Assembly (NCBI GenBank): GCA_951406725.2
Contig: OX597824.1
Coordinates: 62,372,001-62,436,000, forward strand
Direction of reading: 5' to 3'
DNA length: 64,000 nucleotides
Source of the DNA: Octopus vulgaris
Taxonomy: Eukaryota
The translations under genes were made by a program, and so were the position numbers. Below are positions 25,400 through 38,994 of the stretch, one piece after another. The notes beneath the pieces were generated by a model. The model had not been told where the DNA came from, made no database searches, and was given only the letters and a program-made list of their open reading frames with translations. Every line of letters starts with the position of its first letter. Within the stretch, counting starts at the first letter, position 1.

Positions 25400-27800
25400 T
25401 GTCTTATCCAGGGAAGATGGCCATCCTCTCGTTCAACGAAACAAATTTATCTATATTTGATTAAATAAAAATCTGGAATTTAGTGGGTCCGTGTTGTTCT
25501 TGCATCTAAATAGAATATGAAATATTTAGCTTAAACAAAGCCTCCACCATTTTAATCCATTAACGTATGCCGTAGTCTACTCCATGATGCAACATTTGAT
25601 GGTGCGTGCGTGCTGCTGGCCTTCAAATCCCAGGTACGGCCAACTAACATTGTGGCCTTCTTCTTATCCCCTTGCCGTACAGGCGAATCGTTGTTTGCAT
25701 ATGATTATTTTAAAAATTGCCTTGGCATGCAATTTTCCTTTGAATTTCAATATTTTGGACTAATATTGTGAATTCTGCTTCTTAAACCACTAAGCTGATT
25801 GGATGCCTCTTCGGGTAAGCATGTTTCTAGGCCATGGCAGTTAAAATTTAGAGTGCGCGCTTGGTGTAACGTGTGAGTGAAATATTTTTCTTATTGAAGC
25901 AACAGCTGTGTGAATCCTTCACTGAACTCTATTAAAAATTGTTCTATATTTATGGTTACTTGGGAAATGCTCATCTACTAAACCCAGACATTTTCTGTCT
26001 ACATCCGTCATAATATTCAGAGAAAGGGTGAGGCATATACTGTCTTTTGGGGTCTACTTTAAGGTTTCATATTTTTTTTTATTATAGGGTTGTCATATGA
26101 CTTTTCATTTGAACCACATTTAGATGAGGAAAGATTAGGTATCATATCGCTGATAATAGCTATAATTTGTTTTAAATATAGGGGTCACAAAACTGTTTAA
26201 GCGTATACTTGAGTTTTTCCTTCGGTTTATGATAGGGCTTATAAGAACGCAAGGGTAAATCTAGAGAAGCATGTAAGAAATCAAGAAAGATTAGTGGTTA
26301 TAGTAATTCTAATTCTTAATTGACTAACGGTATATATGAGAGTATTGCTAAATTAATATCATGTGCATTTACAATATAATCTCGCGATATACTTGAATGT
26401 TTGTCACAATACGAAACAACGCCAAGGGATGGAAATTAAGATCTTAGTGTATCTAATATAATGAAACCGACTAGATGATTATCAGCACTGTCATACAATC
26501 TCATCAATACATCACTTCTTCTGTTTCAAATATTTTACACTAGCTGAACCCTTATTGACCATTTAGACCTTGTTAAAGTTAAGATTCATGCGCTCAATAC
26601 TTACATATATTGCTGTTCTATACGCTTATTCCTCAATATAAAATTCTGTGAATCTAGCAGCTCTATGCTTACCTTTTATATATTCCTAAGCCAATCTATA
26701 AATGATGTTCATTGCTGTAGTGTAGTTCACTCTCTAATTCTATTATTAATATTTTTTCTAACTTTTTCGTCAGCAAAATTCCACAGATGGGCTTATTACT
26801 AAAATTAGTTTATGATCTTTTTAAAGTTAGGAAGGCTTCCCTTTTAGCTAAACATTCTGTCATCAATTTTATTTTACTTAGCAAGGAATCCATCTTCATC
26901 GGTAACGTCATTATATCTATGTTAGATTATCATGTAGCACTTTATCAATTAGATCGTTATTGGCTTTGTGCAGGTTTTAGCAGAAAGTACGAACTTACTT
27001 TTAGACTATTACATTTTTCTAATATCAGTTTTTATTATTTTTCTTGGAAAAATATATAGTTCACATGGAATCTTATATTTGCTACTAAATCTATGATCAG
27101 AAAATAACGGCGAATAAAAGTCGGTGTAAGGAATCTATACTCATTGTAAGTTGTTGCATACAGATAAATGACGTAATCAAATCTACATGGTAGTTTCAGA
27201 TAATTGATGAGAAATGGTATGCATAGCGAGAATACTATTATCATCAACTATAATAATATTGGTAACTCTATGAGTGATGACAATAATTATAATTTCAATT
27301 ACACCATGCCAACTATTTCAGTGTTAGTAATGATGGCTGGAATATTCATTGGTCTTTGCACAAGATTTACAGTTGTGTTGGTTATACTGATTTTGATGCG
27401 CTTAATGCTGTACTGACCTAACATGCGATAAGAAGGCTTGCAATTTCAGCATACCTATTAATTTCTATTTGCGGTGAAATTATCTGCGTTTATATTGTTG
27501 TCTATTAATATACTGTTACCACCGCACGGACATAATTTGGTGCAACGATCAACTTTAGGCATCGAATTTTCACCCAGTCGAGCTCATCAAATATTACTGA
27601 GAAAGGTTCATCCTTCTTTGCCAGTTAGCTCTACCACATCAAACCTGTGAGTATTGCTTATGATATTTATTGGTCTATAATTGATAATGGAATACCGTTC
27701 ACCAGAAACCGGCTCCCCTGTAACTTACCTGCCGTGTGTCACTCAGTAATTAAAGTAAAAAAGATGACTGCTTCCTTAATAACTTCTTTGACGTAATTAC
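25400..27800 (-). mobile_element. Possible highly decayed LINE RT remnants
   Basis: Isolated motif-like peptides on the minus strand (NYRPINIIS near 27650-27685; PVRQGD near 25665-25685); no continuous frame. Confidence 0.3.
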
Positions 27801-28354
27801 TAATTGTCAGAAATATCATACAAGTTTCTCGTATTACCATAAATCAATGTTTGACCTACTTTACTAACCCTTCTAATTCCGTTCTAGCCTTTTACTATTA
27901 TTCTTCCTTCGTAACTACAGCCTTTCTCTTACCACTATATTTAGCAAAAGTTAGGAAATTTTCAGTTTTAGAAGATACCACACCCTTGGTGTTTCTTCTA
28001 ATTCTCCTTCCCATGCATGCGCACCGCCTCTTCTCCATACCCCCTCCTGCTTTACTGATCTGTCTTCGGTACGACGGACAACGATTTCCAATAGTAAGAA
28101 GACAGGATAATACCGTTTGTTGGGGAAGGCCATAAAGGAAGTTAAAAGACGTTAAAAGAAATAAATAAAACAAAGAACAAAATAAAATGAAACAAGGAAT
28201 ACAAAAGCTAGTAAATTGCAAAATGGTATAAGGTGGCTTACTTTTCTATAATGGATGCAAAATAGGTATATAGCAAGACATAAAAACAGACATAAACAGA
28301 CATAAAGACAAGCCGACGAACAAACAGACAGAAAGACAGACAGACAGTCAGGCA

Positions 28355-28361
28355 GGCAGAT

Positions 28362-28458
<97 letters not shown>
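28355..28458. repeat. (GATA)n microsatellite
   Basis: Directly visible. Confidence 0.95.
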
Positions 28459-28459
<1 letters not shown>

Positions 28460-28496
28460 TGTACTCTCCATATGGCATGTAATGAGGAGCGAGTCA

Positions 28497-28970
28497 GGTT
28501 GCTGGGTGTTTTAGTTTTACTTCGTGAGCGCTTTCGAATTAACGAATTTTCATCAGTCTTTTTTATACTTGATATTGGCCACTGACGATTAATGCTCCTG
28601 GAAACAGTAAACAAGTTTCCGTGTGTTTAGCTGATTACGGCTGCTGAGGCTTGATGTTATTCACCAAATAAAGTTTGCCTCAATAATGCTGAGATTGACG
28701 ATATCCATCCATTTCGCTAGTATCCGGGTGAAAAATGTTCCCTTTACAGCGTTGACAGAATTAGAATACGGCGCTGTCCAGCTCAGAGTTACAGAGGTAC
28801 AATTCATTAGGAGAATAACAGCAAGTCTGAACAGCCGTAATTAGACACTGAAACACTTTTACTACTTTCAGGAGCATTAACCGCCAATGGCCAACATTAA
28901 GGAAACAAAAAAAGCATGAAGAATCTTTGATTCGCAAGCGCTCGTTAGGTAAACAATAACACCCAGCAAC
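28497..28970. repeat. ~475-bp element with diverged ~55-bp inverted ends
   Basis: gttgctgggtgtt...gagcgct...ttcat (28498-28553) versus atgaa...agcgctc...aacacccagcaac (28916-28970). Confidence 0.55.
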
Positions 28971-29029
28971 ACGGCTAGCTAGCTAGCTAACTTCCTATCA
29001 ATCTATTTGCTTATATGTCTATCAATATA

Positions 29030-29220
29030 AAGCCGTGAGCTGGGAGAATCTTGAGCACGCTGGGGAAAATGCTTAGCGACATTTCGTCAGATTTTACGCT
29101 CGAATTCCACCGAGGGCGATTTGCCTTTTACCCCTCAGGGTCGATGAAGTAAGTAACAGTTGATGTAAACGATTTAAACCTTCCCCCCAAATTGCAGGCT
29201 TTCTCCCAAAATTTGATATT
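29030..29220 (+). mobile_element. tRNA-derived SINE (family 2)
   Basis: Similar to 21686-21910. Confidence 0.7.
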
Positions 29221-29927
29221 ATAAACGTCGATCAATATATGCACTTTCTTATCTATAAACCTCTTATAGAAAATCAAAACCCCTCATGTCTTCCTGAACT
29301 TTACTATATTCCATTGCCATTTATTTCAGTTTTGTTTTGTTAATTTCTTTTACCTTCTTTTATTGTCTTCCCTGACTTACGGAAATTTCCTGTTTTCTTA
29401 GTATACTCAAAAAATGTTGCCTGAGATACATCAACACATTACAATTCTATTTTCTGTACCCCTTTATCGCCTTTATAATTTTTATCGTTATTTTCTTTTA
29501 TCTCCAATCCTACATTATCTGGCCAGTTATGATTTAGGGAATGCTAAGCATCGAGTATGCAACTCTGAAATCGCCTGCATACTGCATTTTTCATTTCAAT
29601 TTCTTTTTGACTGCGTTTTTTATATAGCTTCCCTGCTGGCCATTTTCTCCATCATTTAATGCTATACCTAATCTTTCTTTTCCTTGTTGCTGTTAAATGT
29701 TTTAATTATTAACTCTCAATCGAATAACCTACTCTTCTCCGGAACCCACATCATTCCGTTTATATTTCGCACAATGACACTTCTTGTACTTTTCTCACTC
29801 TTCGACTTGAGTTTATATATATATTTGCCAGCGATGTCCGATGAAGATATAATAACTTCGCTTCACTGGTATCTCAAAATCTCTGCCAATCTATTTACAT
29901 ACAATAATATTGGCCCTCGTTAAATAA

Positions 29928-32147
29928 CACAACGTAACAATTTTCAAAACAAAAATTTGTTTATTGTATTTTTTATTGTTTATCAATCAATGTTTTCTGC
30001 TGATTCCAAAAATGAAATTATTTTTTGTGTATCATCAACAGTTAAAATATAAGTCGACTTTCAATGTCATATATTTGGTATTATAATGTTCAGCTGCTAA
30101 ATGTATGTCTAATTTTCTTTTTCAGACCAATTACCAAGTTCTGCTACTTTCAGGATAGCTACTAGAGTATGTAAAAACTCTCCAGATACTTTTTGCTATG
30201 TGTGTGGTTAGTATACTGGAAAAATGCAGGTATTACATAATATCGTGAAAGTTGGCAAATTGTGGATAGTGTACAGACTCTATTTCGGAATGCCCATGGG
30301 TGACCAGGACAAACCATGGGCCCCACATGTGATATGTGAAAGCTGTCGTTCTACTCTAGAAGGATGGTTAAGAGGTACAGGAAGGTCAATGCCTTTTGCC
30401 ATTCCAAGGGTATGGAGAGAACCAAAGAACCATCACAATGACTGTTACTTTTGTATGATCGATGTGACAAAGTACAGAAGAGTGAAAGGAAGAAAAGCTC
30501 CTCAGTATCCAGACATACCATCATCTAGAGTACTTATTCCATGTGAGGACAGTTTACGAGTACCACTATCACCAGAAAATATTTCATCAGAAGGGTCAGC
30601 AAGTAGCAGCAGCCAAGAAATGGGGGAAGCTTTCGTACCAAGAACGACTTCGGAGCCTCATTTTCCAAATCAGAGTGAGCTAGATGATTTAATCAGGAAT
30701 CTGGTTTTTACTAAGTCAGGAGCTGAACATTTTTCATAATGGTTGAAGGAATGGAATCTACTGGGGGAAGACTGCAAGACAACTGTGTACTGGAAACGCC
30801 ATGAAGAATTTGAAATTTTCTATGAAAATATTAATGATCTGTGTCATTGCAAAGATGTGATTGGTTTGTTTACTGCTATTGGACTCAAGCATGATTCTGC
30901 AGAATGGCGACTGTTCATAGATAGCTCAACACGAAGTCTCAAAGCAGTGTTTTTCTACAATGGAAATAAATATCCTCCTTTGCCTCGTGCACACTCCATA
31001 CAGAAGAAAGAAAATTACCATAATGTCAAAGAACTTCTCGACAAAATAAATTACGCTGAGTTCAAGTGGAATGTTTGTGGTGGTTTCAAGATGATTGCCT
31101 TCCTGTCTGGCTTGCAAGGGGGATACACAAAGTATTTAATGTTTCCTTTGCTTATGAGACAGCAGAGTAGATGATGATCATTGCAAGATAGTACATTGGC
31201 CCCTATGTGTGTAACTGCAGCCCGGAATGTTAAATATTCCCAAATAGCCTCTAGTAAATTCAAAAAAATCTTATTACCCCCACTTCATATCAAACTCGGA
31301 TTGGTAAAACAGTTTGTGAAGGCTTTAGATTCTAGAGGAGAAGCTTTTCAAGAAATTTGCCTTATGTTTTCAAAGCTATCTGAGACTACGATCAAGGGTA
31401 GCATATTTGTTGGGCCCCAAGAAAATGCAATGTTAAAGTCGGAGAAACTGGAAAGAGCGATGACAAAATTTGAAAAAGAAGCTTGGTGTGCATTTCGTGA
31501 TGTAGTTTGTGGATTCTTATGAAATCACAAGGATCCTATTTACAAACAGTTGGTGGCAAAGCTTATTGAAAACTTCAAGGAAATGGGTTGTCGTTTGTCC
31601 TTAAATGTTCATTTTTTACACTCTCACCTAGATTTTCTTTCCACGAAAACTTGGGTGATGTCAGTGAGGATCATAGTGAGAGATTTCATCAGGACATCGC
31701 AACTATGAAAGAAGATACCAAAGACGATGTGATACTGCTATGATGGGAGATTATATATGATCTCTAGTCAGAAGAGATGAAGGTATACACTCAAGAAAAT
31801 CTCGATCGTCAAAGCACTTCTCATCTTAAGAAAAGAGTTATCAAGGCATTTACAGTGAAGAGTTTTATTGTTTGCTTTTGTTCTAACTAATATTATACGT
31901 CTTAAATACCCTTCAATATATGAAAAAATACTAAATGTTGTGTAATTATCCTTATAATACTAGAATAGATTGAACCAAAAAAGTGCTGTAGAGAATCGTT
32001 ACAAATATAACAAGCAAATATGAAATTGGGAATAAATAAATAACTATCGATGTTACGTCAAAACGAACGTGATTTTTTAATTTAACTGCAAAAATGCATA
32101 TATGAACATTAAAAATTACAAATAAACAAAATATGTGTTACATTGTG
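29928..32147 (+). mobile_element. Chapaev3-type (CMC superfamily) DNA transposon with both ends
   Basis: TIR CACAACGTAACA ... TGTTACATTGTG with subterminal similarity; 3-bp TSD TAA (29925-29927 / 32148-32150); internal transposase. Confidence 0.9.
30155..31829 (+). pseudogene. Chapaev3 transposase with stops and frameshifts
   Basis: CKNSPDTFCYVCG, GDQDKPWAPHVIC, MPFAIPRVWREP...DCYFC, EWRLFIDSS, LPPLHIKLGLVKQFVKAL, HFLHSHLDF, ERFHQDI. Confidence 0.9.
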
Positions 32148-33812
32148 TAATATACATGGTTATGGCATCAGTAGTTGATTAGACGAAACAGCGATGAAAA
32201 ATAATACTTGATTACATCCTATATTTATATATGCAACGTTCCATGTAAGCTTATTATTCCGTAAGCTTATTATATGTTCTGCCTCCACACTCGATCGACG
32301 AAGACTCTCCTTATAAAAGACGATGGACTTAGGGTTAAGTTTCTCATTGATATGAACGCTTAATTTAGAATTTTATAACACGCGGTATATATATATATAT
32401 ATATATATAAATGTGCATGTGATTTGACGACGCAGACAAGAAACTATAACACTGTAACATGATTTTTGTCTTTGGGAAGCAACTTTTATTTTCTATTTGC
32501 TTACCCATAGAAAGTATGAAAAATAACTAATATTTCCTTCAAACTCTGCATTTGTTACATGTATTCAAACTCCAAAGGATCCCTCTCAGCATATAGCTAT
32601 GATGCCACCCCACTTCTCCTGCTCATGATCAGAGATGCACATATTGTCAGCCTCTAATGGACATGATCAAGTGGTTAAGATCAATCAAATGATAAACAAA
32701 TCTATGGTACCGAGCAAAGTATTTGCTGTAACGATATTTCTGATTCAGCTGAATCTGAAAAGTAATCGAAAATAAGTCAGTTTCAAAACATTGGTATCCA
32801 GGTCACAAAAGTAAGATTTGCATAGTATTCACTCCCTTTGATTTCTAGATAGAATCAAATACAAAATAACACCTGCTGTCCAATGACAAAAAAAAAAAAC
32901 ACGATAAAAATTTTGTTAGACAGTGTAATAGGTACTATAGTTTTGTAAATTAAAGGAGTAATAAGATATTAAAATTTATAAACTCTTAGTTGACAAAAGA
33001 AAACAGATGAACTGCATACACATTAGTCCTCAAATAAAACAATTGAATGCTTTCGTCAGAAACACTGGAATAGAGTGTATATTCTTGTCACAAGAGAATC
33101 GTGTAGTAGACTTCAACATTCACAAGTTTTTAATCTACCAGTTATACCCAGGCTCATTTACCATTAATAATTTAGTTGTAAGAATTTGGATCTCGTTTTA
33201 ATTCTGAGAATAATTCCTTCATTTCCCTTTCACTGTCTCGTAAATTCAACTAAAAATAGAATCTACATTTTCATTCACTTGACTACAGCAAATAATAAAA
33301 TGGCGTGAGGATGCGTTGGGGAGATTTCTACTAAGTGTGCCGCTTGTAATTTCCGTTTTAGTATGATACTCATCATATCCAATGTAATCATAAATATATA
33401 TTTCATAGTTATTGCTAGATATATTGACTATTTTATATTATGATTAATTCTACGAGAGAGTCAATATATTAAACGATGGAAAGTAATACCAATGAAAAAC
33501 GAGTGTACAACTTTGAAATTTGTAAGACAGATATAAATAGATAGAAATATTTTGGAGATGCATTCAATGTTTCTTGTTAGAGATTTTATAGGTATAGATA
33601 TATTGGAGTATTATCGAAATAAGAATTTTGAAATTATGATAACCTATTGACGCGATACAACTATATATGTTTGTTAAGGTAATGAACAGAATAGGGAAGC
33701 AATATTTTTTTGATTACTATATATTGTATCTGCACACAATCTGTACACAAATACATCTAAATATAGTTGTATTTGTTTGGGTTTGACTGATCATGAGCGT
33801 GCATCGTTTCTG

Positions 33813-33879
<67 letters not shown>

Positions 33880-33900
33880 GTCTATCTATCTATCTCGTTA

Positions 33901-33946
<46 letters not shown>

Positions 33947-34197
33947 CACGCAGATATGTGTGTATATATATATTCTGTTTTGTAAGACCTCAGGAGTAAT
34001 ATATATATATATATATATCTATATATATAAACATATATACATACACACACATGTGTGTGTGTGTAAGAATATAAATACATGCATATATGTATGCATGTAT
34101 TTTTGTATGTACATCGAATAACTGTTAGCTGGTACTGGAAGGAGTTCTGACTTAAAATATTACTTTAATTCTGGTTAGTTAAAAGAAAATGAACATA

Positions 34198-34580
34198 GGC
34201 GTAAGAGTGGCTGTGTGGTAAGTAGCTTGCTTACGAACCACATGGTTTCGGGTACAGTCCCACTGCGTGGCTCCTTGGGCCACTGTCTTCTACTATAGCC
34301 TGTGAGTGGATTTGGTAGACGGAAACTGAAAGATGCCCGTCGTATATATATAAATATATATATGTGTGAGTGCGTGTGCTTTTTTGTGTCTGTGTTTATC
34401 TCCAACATCGCTTGGCAACCGATGCTGGTGTGTTTACGTCCCTGTAACTTAGCAGTTTGGCAAAAAGAGACTGATACAATAAGTACTAGGCTTACAAAGA
34501 ATAAGTCCTGTAGTCGATTTGCTCGACTAAAGGCGGTGCTCCAGCATGGCCACAGTCAAATGACTGAAACAAGTAAAAGA
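34198..34580 (+). mobile_element. CORE-type tRNA-derived SINE (family 3)
   Basis: Head gtggctgtgtggtaag; CORE-like ccttgggc-actgtcttctactatagcc; internal TA/TG repeat; homologs at 50998-51410, 40505-40665 and 7058-7965. Confidence 0.8.
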
Positions 34581-34864
34581 GCTATTGATAATCTGTAGAT
34601 CATCAGTTCCTCTTTTACTCAAAATCCCTGCACTACCTCTAGCCTGATTCTTCGTGGGAAGATTGATGGTAAGATAGGATAGGAATATCTATGTAACAAG
34701 GATCAAGACATTCATAAAAGGAAATCAATAAAATGAAGATTATCACTCGCCTAATATTGGTGACTGATATGATATACATTACATACGTACATATATATGT
34801 ATATATATATTTAGTGAAGGGAAGAAATAGAGCTGAACGAAGATGCTACAGAATTCCTTTTATT

Positions 34865-34950
34865 ATTTTCTACACATGTTTCAAAGGCCGCAAATTTCCA
34901 AATTCGGATTGAATAAGGAGACCATTTTGCAGCATTCTCTTCAGGAAAAT
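34865..34950 (-). ncRNA. Type I HHR with long stem II in the 3' pLTR
   Basis: attttc-CTGAAGA-gaat-gctgcaaa...tttgcggc-cttt-GAAAC-atgt-GTA-gaaaat. Confidence 0.8.
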
Positions 34951-35567
34951 CCAGGAATTTAAAAATCCAAAACAAATGCGCAGCAAGGTATTCGAACAAA
35001 ACGCTCCTTAGGAGCCCATGAAAAAGCACAAAACTGTCTCTCAATGTGCGTTGACGTCGGGGGGGGGGAGGCCGACGAAAAAGTCCGTTGGAATAAATCA
35101 AGGTCAGACTGTGGTCAACCCTGGTAGTGGAAGAAATACTGAAAACCAAAGGGTGTGAATATATTCTGTATAACTAAAGTTAATGCTCGGATTGTTTTAA
35201 GAATTAAGGCTATCTTATATAGGTGTGGGACCCTACCTACATGTATGTGTGTGCGCGCCTGTGTATGTGTAGGAGTCTGTCAGGCAGCGAGTAGAGGGAA
35301 AGAGAACTGCTGATTTTGTTGGTCAGGCAGCTGATAGGAGCCCGTGTCTGTGTGTCCGTCTGTGGTCAGCTTGTAAACAGATGACTTGTCAAATCAAGGA
35401 GAATATAATTCCTGATATTGCTTCTAAAAAAGTAGCAGACCATTCGCTAGAGGGGAGTAATTTCCCCTTGTAAAATTAATTCAAAGATTTTTTCAAAAAT
35501 TTTCCCAAAAATTCTTTTAAATATGTTTTCCTCTCTTAGGACCTCAAGGGGTTAATTATCTTAGGTT

Positions 35568-37380
35568 TCAATTGTATGCAAGAAATGTGTGTCGGCGCCA
35601 ATGGGGACATCTGAAAGAATTTTGCAAAATCCCGTTAACTAGGTGCCCTCGGGCGAATAAAATGTGAAAAAGCTCAGAGTTGCAGAGATTACAAATTCTT
35701 TTGCCTCTATAAAACGGTAGAGACACCGATAAAATCGACCATTCCAGTCTAAATGCTGAATTCGCGTTCTTCAAACGCCAGATCAATATACTAAGTCCTG
35801 TCGCGTGATATTTATTAAAATCGCGAAATGTTGTGAAGTGGTTCGATATTCTCACGGCCAATTTTGATGATGAAGCTCCTATATACGAGTAGACATCTGA
35901 TTCAGTGTAAATTCTGCATTGGTAAATGGCATTTCTAATCTTGGAATTACTAGATAAGAACCTTATTCTATTGGGATTAGCTTCCGATATTAATACGGCG
36001 TTCTTATTACTATAATGATTGTGAGAACTGCGGCTGTCTTCGACATTATACACCCCATTATCAATACTATTTAATGGAATAACACCTGTATATTCCCTGT
36101 CACTGAGATCGCTGTGATCGCTAATGTCCGTGATCCTACTGTGGTCTAAATCGCTGCTAAAGGTGTTATTAGGACTCTCTACATTAATGACTCGGACAGT
36201 GCTCTCATTCCTATTACTATTACTAACGTTAGTGTCGTCAACATTGCTCCTATCCATATTCCTATTATTAACTCCATGGCTAGTATGGAGATTGCTAATC
36301 TCTGTGCCGGTTCTATTATCACTATTACTATTATTATTACTGTTCGTTATTCTTGCATTATACGGAGCTGCGTCTCCGGACGAGGGTCATAGGGTCTTAT
36401 TTAGCAGCTTATTGTTATGGGAGGAAATTATCTGGGAGAGATTTTTTGTGTTTGAGAAGGCTATCCTAACTTTGTGTGAGTTAACAGTAGCGTAATATCT
36501 GGAATTTCTGGGAAAATTACTGGCAATGGCTTGGCGAAACTGCAGGGGTAGATTAGATCTTATTTGTTTACCAAAGGGAATTACAAACCAAATGTATTTA
36601 TTCCTGTTTTGTAATGGGTCGGGGAGTCAACTCTGACATTAAGGTGGGTATTTCTAGGCTGAATAATAGGTTTTGGCTTACTATGGCCTCCCCTGGACCG
36701 CAAATTATTTATGTTACCTAAATTTATTCTAGATGTACCTGTTCCGACATTCCTCGGGCTATCATCACTACTTAAATTATTTATGTTATTGTAGCCGGCC
36801 CTATCCCAATGACAGAATGCTGGCATCGGAAGGGCAGGATCTATATATACTACCTTCTCCCTATAACCGGCTTTAGACAGGGCGGCATTATAAAATTCCT
36901 CTTTTGCCTAAAAATGTCGACACTAGCAGACAAAATGGTCAATCTTTGAGAAATATTTTTAACCAAATTGTCTGTTATAGTTTTAGCGTGATTCGAGAAG
37001 ACACTGACATACTTTAAGTTAGTGGAAGGCTTGTGGTAAGGGCAGTAAGAATCGCTATGGAGGTTTAGTGAAACATCTAAGAAATTAGCCTTAGTTAGTT
37101 CGTTATCAAAAACTATACTCATGCCCATCCTATTAAAGAACCTAGCTAACCTGTTTTTAGTTTTCTGAATGATTCTGTTCGTGGTGTTTTGAAGGTAAAA
37201 CAGACAATCGTCACGATATAGGCCGCCCCCGATTTCCGGGAACTGGTCGGATAATTCGTAGAGAATATATATTCCGACCAAGTCGGCAATCTGCGCGCTA
37301 TCTGAACTACCCATAGGCACATCGAACTTGTTGGGGGTATCTTTACGAACCCACAACTTATTACCAAACTTTATAAAAGA
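35568..37380 (-). pseudogene. Naiad RT (C-terminal half), thumb, N/S-rich linker and GIY-YIG endonuclease
   Basis: WVRKD..FDVPMGSSDSAQIADLVG, GLYRDDCL, NFLDVSLNL..YCPYHKP, YIWFVIPFG, AIYQC..YIGAS, LIWRLK, CNLC..E, RCPH; two frameshifts and one in-frame TGA. Confidence 0.9.
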
Positions 37381-37681
37381 TGCACACACATACATGTAGG
37401 TAGGGTCCCACACCTATATAAGATAGCCTTAATTCTTAAAACAATCCGAACATTAACTTTAGTTATACAGAATATATTCACACCCTTTGGTTTTCAGTAT
37501 TTCTTCCACTACCAGGGTTGACCACAGTCTGACCTTGATTTATTCCAACGGACTTTTTCGTCGGCCTCCCCCCGACGTCAACGCACATTGAGAGACAGTT
37601 TTGTGCTTTTTCATGGGCTCCTAAGGAGCGTTTTGTTCGAATACCTTGCTGCGCATTTGTTTTGGATTTTTAAATTCCTGG

Positions 37682-37767
37682 ATTTTCCTGAAGAGAATGC
37701 TGCAAAATGGTCTCCTTATTCAATCCGAATTTGGAAATTTGCGGCCTTTGAAACATGTGTAGAAAAT
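37682..37767 (+). ncRNA. Type I HHR in the inverted pLTR
   Basis: Inverse copy of 34865-34950. Confidence 0.8.
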
Positions 37768-37977
37768 AATAAAAGGAATTCTGTAGCATCTTCGTTCAGC
37801 TCCATTTCTTCCCTTCACTAAATATATCAAACTTCAATTATCCGCGCTAAGGCACGGTTGCGACACCCCAAGGTCGTAACTTCAACCGTGTTTTTTCTGT
37901 TGTGATTTTTGCTACCCAGGTATCGGTTAAATTTTGAATAATCCTTAACAAGATAATTCATTTGTCCATTTCAATAA

Positions 37978-38024
<47 letters not shown>

Positions 38025-38219
38025 TCTACAGGTATCGCTAAGTTTAGAAATACCCTTGCTCACGGTATACGGACACAAACCATGCGTTGGTAGCCAGCGG
38101 GAAAAGATGTTTTCCTGGGGCTAAAAAGTAGTATCATCATACTGAAAATGACTTCCAGATTGTGTTGGCAAACACACGCATATATATATATATATATATA
38201 TGTTTTAGTGTAGAGCACC

Positions 38220-38680
38220 TTCATTCTCCTCAGCGTCCCCTGACGCCTAGTATTCAACTCAACTTCTTTTGTAAATCTTATAAGAAAAACCGTTGAAATA
38301 TTGTGCTGATGAGAATTAAGGTTGTCTCCAACAAAATTCGAAATCGCGATGCAGCTATATACGCTAGGGACCTAACCCCCTTTGTAAGTCAGTAAGTATA
38401 GTGATTTAGTGGCTTTAGATTTAATTTAATTCTTATTTTAGTATACGCTCTGCTAGTCAGCGCTTTCCGTCACTTTTGTGACTTCTATTAACTTTGCCTT
38501 TAGGCTCTAATTACTAATAAACCACACTTTTAATTTGTCTTGATAATTTTACCGTTTTCAAAACCAGCACAAGACTTCAACGGTCTTTCTTATAAGATTC
38601 ACAAAGGAAGTTCAGTTTGAAACTAGGAATTAAGAGCCACTGATAAGAATTAAGATGGTCTGATAAGAATTAAGATATAT
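38220..38680 (+). mobile_element. Decayed inverted-pLTR-like element with an HHR remnant
   Basis: 38246-38307 is the inverse of ~38566-38627; CTGATGA-gaatt...aattc-GAAA-tcgcga-TG at 38306-38351 (non-cleavable UG). Confidence 0.6.
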
Positions 38681-38752
38681 AATATATAAATAATATATAT
38701 GTACACAACTTAATATACATACATATATGTGATATATAATATATATAAATAG

Positions 38753-38808
<56 letters not shown>

Positions 38809-38876
38809 TATATATGTGTGTGTGTGTATGTGTAATATACATAATATATATAAATAATATTTTGTACATTTATAGA

Positions 38877-38909
<33 letters not shown>

Positions 38910-38941
38910 GCATATGTGTGCTTATCTGTATGTTTGTGTAC

Positions 38942-38994
<53 letters not shown>

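Larger units (their letters stand above)
34811..37821 (-). mobile_element. 5'-truncated Naiad-type Penelope-like element with an inverted pLTR
   Basis: 34811-35254 is the near-identical inverse of 37382-37821; RT, thumb and GIY-YIG on the minus strand; TA-rich flanks. Confidence 0.92.

Noticed and set aside
34811-35149. Duplicated 112-aa / 77-aa ORFs (also 37588-37821)
   Set aside because: They lie in the inverted pLTR copies, overlap the HHR and have no recognisable domain
36124-36495. Leu-rich membrane-protein-like ORF
   Set aside because: Antisense shadow of the N/S-rich Naiad linker
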